A DNA stretch of 64,000 nucleotides from Octopus sinensis (Eukaryota). Below are positions 40,980-55,834 of this stretch, one piece after another. The stretch is taken from positions 65,162,001-65,226,000 of the forward strand of contig NC_043002.1 in NCBI RefSeq assembly GCF_006345805.1, in the 5' to 3' direction. Each line of letters opens with the position of its first letter. Positions within the stretch are counted from its first letter, which is position 1. A program made the translations under genes and the position numbers. The notes beneath the pieces are model-generated. The model saw only the letters and a list, made by a program, of their open reading frames with translations, did not search any database and was not told where the DNA came from.

Positions 40980-41101
40980 GTATACATATACATATATATA
41001 CATGCATATATATAGATTATACATATATATAGAGAGAGATATATGCATATAACATATATATATACATATATATATACATATATATACATATATATATATA
41101 C

Positions 41102-41146
<45 letters not shown>

Positions 41147-41227
41147 ATATGCATATATCTATGTATATATATATGTGTGTGTATAATCTATATAGATTAT
41201 ACATATATATATATTTTATATATATAC

Positions 41228-41297
<70 letters not shown>

Positions 41298-41690
41298 TAG
41301 ATAGATAGATATAGGTATATACATATATACATATATATACATATATATACATGTATATATGTATATATATATTAAAATATGTGTGTGTCTGTGTATTTGT
41401 GTGTGTGCGCGCGTCTTTGTGTGTGTGTGTTTGTGTATGTGTGTGTGGGGGGGTTCTATGGCTGAATGCATAAATGTTCTTCGCAACGACGATTATCGTG
41501 TTCGATTCCTGCCCGTGTCATATTAGGACCAGACGATTTTTGTATAAGCTTTGTTGTTTGGTTCAGCACACGCTTTGCCACGAAATTAATTAGACGGAAA
41601 CTGTACTGAAGCCCATCGCGTGAAATATATCTGTAATTATATATGAATAAAAACAGGCTTGTTAGACGTTGTGATAGTTTGTGTGTGCTC

Positions 41691-44560
41691 AAGAGCAGTT
41701 AGTTCAATTGAGTGAATAACTAACCCTGCATCACCGAATGACGAAGATCCAGCACTGTATATATTCTTATATGTATGTGTTTGAGCGAGTGTCTGGGTAT
41801 GAGCGAGTGTACGTATGTGTGGAGAACGAGAGAAACACGTGCAATGCAGCGACGGAGTGATGTTGCTTCAATATAAAAGAACAGAAGGTTGCGGGCTGAC
41901 AGTATCGTTAACACGTCGGTTAAAATGCTTAGCGACATTTCGTCCTTCCATACGTTCTGAGATCAATTTTCTCCGAGTTTAACTTTGCCATTCATTCTTT
42001 AGGGTCGATAGGTAAAGTATCAGTTGCCCACCGCAGTTCATATAATCGTCTTACCATCTTCCCCTGAACTTGATGGATTTGTGCCAAAATATGAAAGCAA
42101 TATACAAGAATACGATTAAGTGACGATTCATTTTTTTTCTTAATAGATATGTATATAGGCGCAGCCGTGACTGGTTCCGACTAGGTGTCAGTTTTGGCAG
42201 GTGTCTTGTAGTATAGCCTGGAGTCTTGTGAATGGATTTGGTAGACATATTCTGAAAGAGGTCCGTCGCATGTGTGTGTGTGTGAGTGAGTGAGTGTGTG
42301 TGTGTGTGTGTGAGTGTCTGTGCGCGTGTGTTTGTGTGTGTGTATGTGTGTGTGTATATCTCAGTGTGTCGTGTCTGTTCCCACCACTGCTTCACAGCCA
42401 GTTCTGGTGTGTTTATATCCCTGTAATTTAGCGGTTCGGCAAAAGGTCTCGATAGAATACGTACCACGCTTAAATAATTAAGTACTGGACTCGATTCGTT
42501 CGACTAAAATTCTTCAAGCTGGTGCCCCAGTATGGCCGCAGTCTAATGGCTGGGTCAGATAACAGATGAAAGATATATTTCATTAACCACGCAACAGTTT
42601 TCTTCCTATCTTCACAGATTTATAAAACTGTTTTAGTTTAGCTTTGTCTTTTATTAAGGACATGTATAGTTTTAATTAATGTTGTTCGGTAATAAATACT
42701 TACGAGAAAGTTACTAAATATATTGTTTTGCTTTTGAAACTTTTGATTCTCCAAGTCAGATAAAAGTTAGACCAAAATATCAACCATTCTATCAAAATAT
42801 CGAAGTATGGAACTTAAAGTGGCCAATGCTTCTTACCAGACACACTATCTCCTGTTTTTATCATTCCTGATCACAACCAAACTGATTTATCCGTCATTGT
42901 TCTCTAGTCATTGATATTGGTCAACCACATATTTTTAGTCTTGTTACTTCACTAGATGTTGATAAGACAAATATAAGATAAAAACTGAAAAATACACCTT
43001 CGGAAAAGAGCAGTTAGTTCAATTGAGTGAATAACTAACCCTGCATCACCGAATGACGAAGATCCAGCACTGTATATATTCTTATATGTATGTGTTTGAG
43101 CGAGTGTCTGTGTATGAGCGAGTGCGTGTATGTGTGGAGAGAAAGAAACACTTGTAATGCAGCTAAGGAGTGATGTTTCTTCAATATAAAAGAACTGAAG
43201 GTTGCGTGCTAAGACTATCGTTAACACGTCGGTTAAAATGCTTAGCGACATTTCGTCCGTCCTTACGTTTTGAGATCAATTTTCTCCGAGTTTAACTTTG
43301 CCATTTATTCTTTAGGGTCGATAGGTAAAGTATCAGTTGCCCACCGCAATTGATATAATCGTCTTACCTATTTCTTTATTACCCACAAGGGGCTAAACAT
43401 AGAGGGGACAAACAAGGACAGACAAAGGGTTTAAGTCGATTACATCGACCCCAGTGCGTAACTGGTACTTAATTTATCGACCCCGAAAGGATGAAAGGCA
43501 AAGTCGACCTCGGCGGAATTTGAACTCAGAACGTAACGGCAGACGAAATACCCCTTAGCATTTCGCCCGACGTGTTAACGTTTCTGCCAGCTCGCCGTCT
43601 TAACATCTTCCCCTGAACTTGTTGGATTTGTGTCAAAATATGAGAGCAATATACAAGAATACAATTAAGTGACGATTCATTTTTTAAAATAAATATGTAT
43701 ATAGGCGCAGCCGTGACTGTGAGGTAAGACATGTGTTTGCCAAGCACATGGTTCCGACTGGGTGTCAGTTTTGGCAGGTGTCTTGTAGTATACCCTGGTG
43801 TCTTGTGAATGGATTTGGTAGACATAAACTGAAAGAAGTCCGTCGCATGTGTGTGAGAGAGTGAGTGAGAGTGTGTGAGTGTGTGTGAGTGTGTGTGTGT
43901 GTGCGTGTATTTGTGTGTGTGTATGTCTCATTGTGTCGTGTCTGTTCCCACCACTGCTTCACAGCCAGTCCTGGTGTGTTTATATCCCTGTAAATTAGCG
44001 GTTCGGCAAAAGGCTTCGATAGAATACGTACCACGCTTAAATAATTAAGTACTGGACTCGATTCGTTTGACTAAAATTCTTCAAGCTGGTGCACCAGTAT
44101 GGCCGCAGTCTAATGACTGGACCAGGTAACAGATGAAAGATATATTTCATTAACCGCACAACAGTTTTCTTCCTATCTTCACCGATTTATAAAACTGTTT
44201 TTAGTTTAGCTTTGTCTTTTATTAATGATATATATATTTTTAATTGATGTTGTTCAGTAATAATTATTTATAAGAAATTTACTAAATATATTGTTTTGCT
44301 TTTGAAACTTTTGATTCTCCAAGTCTAAGTTAGACGAAAATATCAACCATTCTATCAAAATATCGAAGTATGGAACTTAAAGTGGCCAATGCTTCTTACC
44401 AGACACACTATCTCCTGTTTTTATCATTCCTGATCACCAACCAAACTGATTTATCCGTCATTGTTCTCTAGTCATTGATATTGGTCAACCACATATTTTT
44501 AGTCTTGTTACTTCACTAGATGTTGATAAGACAAATATAAGATAAAAAACTGAAAAATAC
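41691..44560. repeat. Tandem duplication: copy 1 41691-42995, copy 2 43006-44560
   Basis: Colinear, highly similar sequence including an old family A SINE and a family B SINE; 10-bp junction filler ACCTTCGGAA. Confidence 0.92.
43369..43596 (-). mobile_element. Young SINE family A present only in duplicate copy 2
   Basis: Near-consensus sequence; TSD GTCTTACC (43361-43368) / GTCTTAAC (43597-43604); empty site at ~42048-42055. Confidence 0.9.
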
Positions 44561-46264
44561 GAAAACAATATTACAGGACTTCATTCTCTTACCATATCTG
44601 ATAACCACGCTCTCTGGCTTTGGTTTTGTTCGTTATTTTTTTTCCTAGTGTTGATGTAGAATCTTGTTCCGCCATGATAGATTTGATGCATGCAGGAAAC
44701 TAAACAACGGGAAATTATACACTTATACAGTGAACTACGCATGTATACTTACCACTGCACTAATTTTAAGTGAGTACCGAGCATAACATTCTTCATTAAA
44801 TGGGTTAGAGTGACAGCGTCTGAAGCATGTTCAATTCATATCGCTGTCAAGTTTAGACCACCATGTCTGTAGTTAGTATTGTCAGCAGCAGATTTTACTA
44901 ACGTAAATGGACACAGACGGGGAAGCGGCAGTTAATGTCAGTTATCACATAATTCACTTTCAAAGATGTTGGGTTTGTTGTTGCTTTTGAAGATGTTATT
45001 GTGTTTGTTGTTGATACTGATTCTACTTTTCCAGATAAGAATACCTCTAACGGTCGAAATGAGGTCTGATGGATATTTGGTAGTAATTTTTAACATGTTG
45101 ATTGACCACAAACGTTTCTTCAATGACTACAGTTTCAACCTCGATTTAAGAAATTTAATATAAATAACCAGAGGAAACGAGAGTGTGTCTAGTCTGCTTT
45201 TTCATGTAAACGTTGTGATGCATTTTTATCTAAATTGTTTTTAAGATCTTGTCTTAGAAAATGTTTTGTGATATTGTAAATATTTTGTGTTGTTTTAGCA
45301 TGATTGAATATGTTCATGGCACGGGCTGTCTAGTTTGGAGCTTGCTAAACTAACAAATGTATTCTATCATATATCCAGGTGTTCTTTTTTCTGATTTCAG
45401 TATATTTGTTTCATTCATTGTATGTTGGCGTAGTCGATGCGCAGACAATGATGATGTCATTTACAATATTTTGTCTGTTTAGTCTCTTATTTGTAGACAT
45501 ATTTGTGGTCTCAGGCAGGAATAAAATAATTCATGATGGGTCTGATATATATTATCTGTTCATGACTGTTCTTATTTTATGTTGGTTAAATATGTTACAT
45601 CTAAACTCTTCATTTGTTCTTGTGCGTCATTCAACTCTTTCTTTTTTTTTTAACTATGTATCATTATACATTACACACGTGCGTAGGTGCGACATTGCTG
45701 AAGGATGAGACATTTGCTTAACAAAGATGCAGTTCTATGTTCTATCTCAATGCTTGATATATATGACATTAGTCTTCCATCTATTGCCTCGTGTCTACCA
45801 AAGACTTGAATTAAATTTTTGACACGGAAACTGTATAGAACACCGACAGATGGTTTGAACCGCTTATTCAAATGGTACGGTTTGCCCACATATTTTGTAA
45901 AGCTGATTGTGCCGGAGAGTCATTTTATGTTTACTGGTATCTGTGAAAGTCTGATCCTTCCACTGACGCCGAAATTCAGGATTCAATTGAAGCTTCACCG
46001 TCGAACTACCGATACTCTCTACCTCTTGTGTCTGTGCTGGACATTAAAGTCGTTGAAGGAAACTCGATTTATATCTGCGTGTGTTATATTTATATTGTTC
46101 GTTAGTATTATAGTTATTATCTATATATGTGAAGTATGTTTATATTGCCCCACCTTCTTGAGAATCGCGGAATCTAGGCTACCTGTCAGGTAACCAGTGA
46201 AGTACATTTATGAAAAATCCTTACGGAAATACACCATAGAAACCATTGAAGTATCATGGTTTAT

Positions 46265-47930
46265 AATTTAATGTCAAGACCAAAACCTTTGCGCGATGGT
46301 GAAGGGGCAAGACAATTGATACGATCGTTCCCAGTTTTTGTTTGAGGATTTATGTTATCGATCCCAGATGGTTGAAAGGCAAGATTGGTCATGGCAGGAT
46401 CTGAAGTCAGAATGCAATGTGATAGTGGAAAACATTTTCCGACGCTCTAATAATTATGGCCACTGGCTGCCTTGAGAGCATTGAAGTATAATATTTTATC
46501 ATTTTGAAACAAAGCCAGCAACTTTGAAGAGAAGAGAAGCCGTTTGCCTCAACCCCTATGTTCAAATTGTACTTATATTTTTAGACATTGAAAGAATGGA
46601 ACGTAAAATTGATCTCTGCGGAATTTGAACTCAGAACGTAAAGAACGGAAAGAAATGCCGCTAAGAACTTTATGCGGTAACAATTCTGCCAGCTCTCCGC
46701 ATTAGCATTGAAGTATAATACCAGAAGTTACAAGCTGTTTAAGTAACATGAATTTATTAACAATTAAAAACACGTGTTGTGTCTCGGATAATCTTAGTTT
46801 TAGACAGAAGTTGCATATTTCGTCATATATTCCAATTGTTAGAATTAATTATCAATTAATTAGGGGAAAAATTCAATCAAAGCTAGACAATATCTTATTT
46901 CAGCTCACCGCTTTCTTCTCGCCACCCCACCTTCAGTCACCCTAAAACAAACTGTCTGCTGGTGTAACATATAAATTTTATGAACTATGAGAACAAGTGT
47001 TAATGTTTTGGTTAATCTCTCTTTCAGAAATAATTTGCATATTTCGTCGCCTCTGTTTGGCAAATATACCAACTGGACGACAGAAGTCATTAATTCATTT
47101 CGAAAATAGTATCGGAAATAGTTATTTCTTTTAAAAAAAGCTCGATGAATTTAATTGACCGAGATTCTATTAATATTCTTTATGCTATAGGCACTGGGCC
47201 TGATATTCATGTTCGTGTGGGATACACGATTATATCGACCCCAATACTTAGAAGGTACTTGTATACCGACCCTGAAAGTATGTAAGGCAAAGTCGACTTC
47301 GGTGATATTTGAAATCAGAACGCAACGCCAGAAGAGATTCCACAAAGACTTGTATCCGACTTCGTAACGATTCAACCATTTCGTCGCTTTCGTAATTCTA
47401 ACAATTTTGTGAAGAGATGACTATTTTTTTCTAAAAATCTTAAGTCGACGAAACAAAATCAAGGATGAACATTCATATTCAAGGAGAAATCTTGAAAGCA
47501 AATACGCCAGGGTCACGATTAATTACAGTTGGAATGAGGTAATGCCGGGAGAAGACGTCAAGTCGTATATTTTAGCAGTCACAGCAACATATTGGTATTA
47601 TTAAACCGCATTAAGGCGGCGAGCTGGTAGAATCGTTAGCGCGCTAGACGAAATGCTTAGCGGCATTTCGCCCGTTGCTACGTTCTGAGTTCAAATTCCG
47701 CAAAGGTCGACTTTGTCTTTCATCATTTCGGGGTGAATAAATTAGATACCAGTTGTAGAAAATGCTTAGCGGTATTTCGCCCATCGCTAAGTTCTGACAT
47801 CCGCCGAGATCAACTTTGCCTTTCATCCTTTCGGTGTCGATAAATTAAGTGCCAGTTGAACACTGGGATCGATGTAATCGACTTATCTCCTCCCACCAAA
47901 CAGCTGCCCTTTTGGCAAAACTTGAAGCCA
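46265..47930. mobile_element. Cluster of diverged family A SINEs (46265-46475 -, 46500-46705 -, 47180-47390 -, 47615-47930 +)
   Basis: Family A motifs recognisable in each segment. Confidence 0.7.
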
Positions 47931-48440
47931 TTACTGAATCTCACCAGTAGAGCATTATTTGTCACGTGTCTCTAACACTTATGAGGTAGACAAACATGTA
48001 TGCAAATTCAATGGCGGTACTCATGCAATTACTTGCCACGGATAACAAATCAATGGGAAAAGGAAGAGAGAGATATTGTTTGCTAAGGACAGACATATCT
48101 ATATTTATAACGCTATATTGTTGAGATTCCTTCTTCTTAAATAATTATGTTAGAATATAACGAATGTCCCTGGTTCGTCCTTGCTGAGATATGAGAAGGA
48201 AAATTAATGATGCTAAATATATAGTTTTGCAGGTTATATTTTCATACACATGCTGGATTCACATTGGTCGTATAAGTTACTTCATTCTTCTAGAGATCGA
48301 TGACATTGCAGAGTTTTGTATGATTAGTTAATATTATTTGTGCTGTTGTTTCTGTATAATCCCAACTGGTACCTGTGCACAGAGTCGAATGATTATGTGC
48401 GTAAGATCCATACGATGAATGCTCCAGATGTACATACGTG

Positions 48441-48700
48441 TTTATGTGGGAGGGGGGCTGCATGTGCGTGTGGGTTTGTGTGTGTGTTTGTGTGTGCATG
48501 CGCATGTGAGTTTGTGTGTTAGTGTGTGTGTGTGCATGCACATGTGTGTGTGCATGCGCATGTACGTGTGTATCTGTTTATGTGTGTGGGGGGGCTGCAT
48601 GTGCGTGTGGGTTTGTGTGTGTGTTTGTGTGTGCATGCGCATGTGAGTTTGTGTGTTAGTGTGTGCGTGTGCATGCGCATGTACGTGTGTATCTGTGTGT
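48441..48700. repeat. ~136-bp tandem duplication of GT-rich low-complexity sequence
   Basis: GGGGGGCTGCATGTGCGTGTGGGTTTGTG... occurs at ~48452 and ~48588. Confidence 0.8.
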
Positions 48701-48745
48701 TTTATGTGTGTGTGTGTGTGAAAACAATCTCATGAAAAATATACT

Positions 48746-48972
48746 TATTTCTTTACTGCCCACAAGGGGCTTCACAGAGAGGGGACAAACAAGGACAGAC
48801 AAAGGGTTTAAGTCGATTAAATCGACCCCAGTGCGTAACTGGTACTTAGTTTATCGACCCCGAAAAGATGAAAGGCAAAGTCGACCTCGGCGGAATTTGA
48901 ACTCAGAACGTAGCGGCAGACGAAATACCGCCAACCATTTCGCCCGACGTGCTAACCTTTCTGGCAGCTCGT
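48746..48972 (-). mobile_element. SINE family A, young full-length copy
   Basis: Near-consensus reverse complement. Confidence 0.9.
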
Positions 48973-49499
48973 GAGAAGTATACTGTACACTCAGATACGT
49001 AGAAGTATGCCATTCGATATGCAGTATGACACCACGAGTATCTCAACAGCATTCTGTTTTTGAAGGTCAGTATATTCTGATTACAACTATACTGGTGACG
49101 TGCTTCTTTGAATCCTGTAGACGCCTTCGGTTTTAATGTGCGTGATGCTAAGTACGATAATTGAGAATATTGAAGTTATTGCTGTTGTTACCTTGTAGCT
49201 ATATTTTTAATGACTGTTTTAATTCAATTTATTACATTATTGTGTTATTTGTGTGGTAAATGGAGACTGATTTTATCAAGCTGTGAGTAACAAAATAATT
49301 TTTTTGTGCTTATTTTTAAATCTTCAAAAACCCTATGAGAATCATTCAAAATATGTTGCTGCACCAATTTTCAAACTAGCCAGTAATGCACTTCTCAAAA
49401 CAACTCGATGCTACCATCACAAATGTAAATTCTGTACTAATAACTTCAACAAAAGGTTTGTATAGGAATGACGTTCAAAACGGAATTAAAGATATCACA

Positions 49500-50500
49500 A
49501 ACAAAATATAAAAGATTAGAAAACTGATTTTTCTACTTTCTATGGCAACAAACGATTTCCCTTGGTATCATTTGTCCAATAAAATACGTTCTAGGTGAAA
49601 ACGTTATCCTTATTCCTCGCTCCATTTATACAATTTTCCAGATAACGTTCAAGATGGAATATGAAGAATACATTTTCGCACTAATCTTATTTGCAAATTA
49701 ATGAAACTGTTCAATCGTGCTTTCACTTAGTTATTCAGTGACGACAAGCTTTTGAGTTACGAAGGACATTTCTAAAAAGCAAATTTAGTTGTTTGTAGGT
49801 TTCTAAATCAATTTCAATAATGATCTTTCCATTGTTATTTATCTTTCTTCTGTAAACTCAATTTTAGATCCAACAACATTGGTAGCATCTAATTTTGTTT
49901 AAATTAAAAGAAGCGTCTTACCGTGTGTACGGTTGAGAGGAAATGAAATGATAACGGTTGCAGATCTTTTGATAGTCGTAATGAACGAACGTGGCTAGGA
50001 AGGAATTATCAGATATCCGAGGGATGACATTTTGGAGACTAAGCTCTTGGAACCATAATTAGAGTTTTTGCTAAGGAAATACATTTCGACAGGCGTACAT
50101 GAGTAGAGACAGCTATATCCAAGGGATTATAGGTTGATATGTCTGTAGGACAAATGGTAGACAAGGGAGAAAACCCAAGTGTGGCGGAGTGATACAAACA
50201 TGCCTATATATTTAGTAGTAGCCATAACCCAGATGTGATAATATTCTTCTATAATGTTTGCACATTAATTTTCCTGTGGTTTGTAGAGATTAGTTGGCAG
50301 TTAGTAGCTTCTATAGACTGAATTATATTTTTATAGGTGAGATAATGCAGTTTTTGTGGTTCCAACACGATAAAATATCTAATTTCTTTGAAACTGCTTA
50401 TACATAATAAGCTTGTTATGTGTGATGATTGCATGTTCATAAAGAACATGTAGTCATGTGGCAAAACCGTCATGTTCGTAGACAATTTGAAAACTATAAG
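49500..50500 (-). pseudogene. Possible very old I/Nimb-like LINE remnant (post-RT and RNase H region)
   Basis: Weak motifs only: EIRYFIVLEPQKLHY (KYLG...KL.F), SHLGYG (SKLDYG), HIPS..LSG (WIPSH..I.GN). Confidence 0.3.
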
Positions 50501-51236
50501 CAGTGAAGTTTCAACGATAAAACTGAAATGTCTTTCAATTAACGAAAGAGCAATAACAACAATTTCAAAATATGGCAGAATTTATTATCTCTGTATGAAG
50601 ATTCGCAGTACTAAATACCATTTACTGGTAAAATAACACAAGGCAATATAACTATGTCATAGAATTAATAGCGAAGATATTTTGTATTACCAAGCTGAAT
50701 TATTTGAGTAAATTCTGCAAGCTTTCAAATTACCATGGGTAGCATTTGGTAAGAAATAGCAATTTGTACTCGCGATAATACGTTATAATTTGATAGGAGT
50801 ACTTTCGTATGTTTCCAATAGTTTTTATGGAGTGTATATAACTTTTAGAAAGTTAAGGTGGTCTATTATACAATAACACTTATTTTATATGCAGCTTGTA
50901 AGAAATATAAACAATGTCCATTAATTGTTTATTATGGCATTCCAATTCCTTCAATAAGGTCTTTATTGTTTGATTTTGCAATAAATTCTTTCTCCATATA
51001 ATCACATAATGTAAATGCGATTCCGCTTGCAAGTAGGTTTGCATTTAAACTCAATGAAACCAACAATTATATTTGAAATATTATGTAAAGATTACTATCT
51101 AATATTTAGTTATGATAATCTATCTTAAATGATGGATGTATTATGAGAACCAATTATCTAAATATGATACACAACATAGAATATATGTTTCTATTTCTTT
51201 CACACTGTTTCTCTTGTTGCAGACAGACAGTACACA

Positions 51237-51284
<48 letters not shown>

Positions 51285-51423
51285 CACATCTTAAGAGACA
51301 GACAAAGAGACAAGTCGATAGTTATAATTATATATATGCGTATGAGCGTGTATGCGTGTGCGTGTGTCTGTCTGACTGCCTCTGTGTGTGGGAGGTGCAT
51401 ATGTGTTTCTAAGTGTGTATGTG

Positions 51424-51492
<69 letters not shown>

Positions 51493-52507
51493 TATATATA
51501 TATTATATATATATAACTTATAAACAATGGTAAAAGAAAATTTTTCCGTGCCAATTTTCTTTTGCCCTTGTTTATAAGTTGTTTATAATTTTAAACTTTT
51601 AAGGTATTTTAATATGCTGCCACCTTTTGGTGAAATCTTTTCTGTAAAAAAACTTCAGCCTATATTAGTATATATATATAAATTTATGTTCATAAATGTA
51701 AGGAAACAGCACGTAGTGGTAGAATTATATTGAATTATATTTCTGTCAAATATGTTAATGATTCTTTCCATTACTATTTATGGATTCACGGAACAATAGT
51801 CGCTTTATAATCGCCCAGGAAACTTTAAATTAAATAGCTGAGTCCTCAGCGTGACAGTAAACCTGGTTTTTATTGGGTGAGGTGCGTCATATAATCACTT
51901 GTATCAATAGAAGAAATATTATCTTTACTGCTTTGAGTGCAATTTTATTAGAGAAATGAAGCGGCCAGATAGGTGAGAGACAAGGTGTAGTTACTTTGAA
52001 ACTCCATGCTACATCATTAGATGTTCCATCACTGAACCATTTAATGAATGTGGCGATACAGAATAAATATGTTATACTCGTGTGGAGATTAATGCAAAAT
52101 GCGTCATGTAGCATATGATATTTGTGCGACAGTTAAACTATTAGAATTTTGTCACTTTTTATGCAGGATATTATATTTCAAGCAAGTTGACAGAATCGTT
52201 ATAGCTCCAGATAAACGTTTCGGACCAATGGTCTTGTAGTATGCATTTCGAATACTGAAAGGCAATTGATCTGACACATTTATCTGAAGCTAAACCGATT
52301 TAAGTTATGATTTGAAATCTTAAGAATTGAAATCTGCCTTCTCTTCATCCAGAGTCGATAACACAAAAGTACCAATCAATAATTGATGTCAATATTTTGA
52401 ATATCTCTTCCCCTTAACAACAGCACTGCAGTTCTATATTTAAGAGATGAGGAATTATGTACAGTATTTACATTCGATGGATATTTGTCCTTATCTTGTT
52501 TGTTGTT

Positions 52508-52577
52508 AACACAACGTTTCGGCTGATACCCCCACCACCACCACGACCGCCAACACCACCAGCCTTCATCAGGTGTT
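52508..52577 (-). ncRNA. Minimal Penelope-type type I hammerhead motif, canonical core
   Basis: Minus strand: AACAC-CTGATGA-A-GGCTG-[GGT-rich loop]-CAGCC-GAAAC-GTT-GTGTT; lies within a short element ~52410-52605. Confidence 0.75.
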
Positions 52578-53460
52578 TTGGGGAAATTTCGAACCTGGAT
52601 TTTCATGTATACACCTTTGTGATTTGAAAACTTAGAGACCATCTTCATCATGCACTTGAATAAAAACACTTACTCTCTCTTATGCCATCTGTATGCTCTT
52701 CATCTTCAAGATACTTCACACCAGTAACTCATTCTCATTTGGAATATTCCATTTTTGGATTCATTATCACGTGAATGCTGTGTCATACCAAGCTAGTAAG
52801 TGATATCTGCCCATCTGAGTTCAATGATCTCCCAACATATTGCAATTTTACGCTTCAGTATTCTGAACGTGGTCTCTTGTTTTTCAATTTTAATTCTATC
52901 AGCAGACAATCAGATTTTGCATGATGAATACATGACACATTTCTCATTTATCACATTGTTGACAGTTTGTCGCTAACGTTCAAGAAACCGTTAAGAATTT
53001 GCTTACAGTTACGTCTTCTCCCGACACAAACTATATCAGAGCTATGGTTAAAAATAATCGATGTCAAGCAGAGACAGGAGGACCTACTGAATTTGTATTA
53101 TATTGTCAGATTGGTTGTTCTGATGTTTTGATGTACGCAAAATTGTATTAAACAAAAATCACAAAGAACACGATTGCTAACATTTTTTTTTCTTCTCAGA
53201 AATAATATTATTACAAAATATTTCTATCAAAATTTTTACTGATGAAAAGTGATTTCATGGAATGTCTTTCAATGAAAACGACATTACATGAAAATTAGTT
53301 GTACTTATATACATATTCTATCATTTATCAATCTATCTGTCTATTTCTCTATGAATCACAAAATCTAGCTCTCTGTTTATCTATCTAACAGACTCTCTTA
53401 ATTATATGTATGTGTGTGTATCTATGTGCGCACATGTGTGTATGTATATCTATCTATTTC

Positions 53461-53549
<89 letters not shown>

Positions 53550-53766
53550 TCTAACGCAAAATAATGGAATTGAAAAAGACGTGATCGAATGTAGACAGTA
53601 TAAACATGAATATATTCCCAACCACACACACACGCACACACACACACATAGAAACATGCACACGCACACACATGCACACACACTTCATCAAGGAATCCTC
53701 CCTAAACTTGAATATTTGAAGGTAAAGTGGAGTATTTGAATTCTTTATTCCAAATGTGGCCCATCT

Positions 53767-53807
<41 letters not shown>

Positions 53808-53994
53808 CATACATACATACATAGATATGTGTGTGTGCGTATATGTGTGTGTGTTCGTTTTATTTAATTTACTGACTGATTTTTTTCAAATTGTTAATTT
53901 GCAAATATTATACTAATGTATTTTCATGCAGAACCACACTTTATCAAAAAATTCCCTCCAAAAATGCACGTTTGGAAGGGGTATATTCTAAATA

Positions 53995-55068
53995 TTAGGT
54001 TGGCAGCTAAGTTCCCGCTGTTTTTTTTAATTTAAATTTTTTTAAATGTTTAATACAAAATAACAACTAATTAATCAATAATGTATTCACTCTTATTGTT
54101 TACAATTTCTTCCCAATATTCCACAAGATTTGCAATACCTCGTTGGCAGAATCACCCGATTTCGACTCGAAAAATTGATCCAACCAAGCTCTCTCAATTG
54201 TGCAGCAATATTGAACGAAACTCCGCAGACAGCATTTGAAAGAGATCGAAAGAGGTTGAAATCCGTTGGTTCCAAATCAGGAGAGTACGGCGGGTGTGGC
54301 AGCACTTCCGATTCATGCGTTTGAATGACTTCCTTAGTTATAATGACGATATGAAGGCGGACGTTGCCGTGCAGCAGAAGAACTCCATGATGCCGATTAG
54401 GTATTTTCTCTTGAATAGCCGTGTTGAGTCGTTCCATCAGTTCAACATAGTGTTCTTGCTTGAATCCATGAGTTGAGCGGTGACGAGCAAGCAAACCAGC
54501 GGAGATTGTGACTCGTTGATTTTTGTTGTTATCACTTAAAGCACGCGGAACCCATGCTCCATACTTCTGAATATTTTCCATTGAGTGAAGACGCTTCGCT
54601 ATAGCAGTGTGGGAGCATTCCATTTTCTCTGCCAGTTCCCTTCACGTTTGACGAGAATTTTCGTGCAAAAGTTGGTTTAATCGCTCTTTATTTAACTCAT
54701 TTGGACGGCCAAAATGAGGTGCGTCTTTGAGGTCAAAATTTCTATTTTTGAACTTGACATACCAATTACGAGCGCTTCTTTCAGCTATGGCACCCTCTCC
54801 ATACAGAGCACAAATGTCGAGGGTAGTTTTCGCCGCCTTGGAACTTTGATTAAAAGCAAAAAGGAGGTGTCAAAAATGCTCGTTTTTCTTAACTTGATTT
54901 TCTATTTTGATGATCTGAAAATAAACTAAAATTAACTAGAAAAAATCAAAATAGATTCCAAAATGATTCACAAATAGAATTCTCGAAAAAAAAAATAGAT
55001 TCCAAAATCTAAAAGCGCAATAAATTCCAAAATCCATAAAAAAGGTGGGAACTTAGTTGCCAACTCAA
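53995..55068 (-). mobile_element. Decayed, internally deleted mariner transposon with both TIRs and TA target duplication
   Basis: TIRs TTAGGTTGGCAGCTAAGTTCCCGC / GTGGGAACTTAGTTGCCAACTCAA, flanked by TA. WVPRAL and HPPYSPDLEPTDF motifs; first catalytic Asp region deleted; HDN mutated to HGN; stop codons and frameshifts. Confidence 0.93.
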
Positions 55069-55347
55069 TATAATTCAGAGATGAGAAAAAGAAAGAAATG
55101 AGGAAAAAGGAAACAAAAAGGAAAGAAGAAAAGAAGAAAGGGAACAGAGGAGAAATAGAGAGAGAGAGAGAAAGAAAGCAAAAAGACTTTCAGTGATGAC
55201 CAAACCACACCTGTTTTTTAAGTGGTGACCATCCTTAAAATCATTCCAATACAATGGTAAAGGTAAAAATAATTAAATAAATGAATGAATGAATAGGAAG
55301 TTGGATACCCTTTCTCTCTCTTTCCCTCCACCAATCTGTCTATCTAT

Positions 55348-55408
<61 letters not shown>

Positions 55409-55769
55409 AATCTATCAGCCTAACTCCATTGCTATATTTCTATCTATCCATCTCGATTTCCTTGGAACCACACGCAAAAAAACAAAAAACAATGTTCTCT
55501 TCTAAACGAAACCCCCCAAATATCTGTTTTATATAAATGAACAAGCTGTTTGTACATTCACAAAATCGTGTTTGACAAGTTCTAGAGAGGAACGAAAGCG
55601 CTAATAATAATGAAGAAATAAAAGGATTTTTTTCCAAAATTCTGACGACTTTTTTCTCAGTATTCAATCCTGTATATTACAACAAACACAAACTCTTTCT
55701 CTCTTTCTTTCTCTCTCACTCTCTCTCTCTCTCTCACTCACTATAAATATATATATGTGTGTGTATATA

Positions 55770-55834
<65 letters not shown>

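Noticed and set aside
45379-46193. Non-repetitive ORFs of 109 and 124 aa
   Set aside because: Non-ATG starts, no recognisable domain and no convincing splice signals.
54093-54623. Active or domesticated (SETMAR-like) transposase
   Set aside because: Catalytic residues are deleted or mutated, there are frameshifts and an upstream stop, TIRs are retained, and no SET domain is present.
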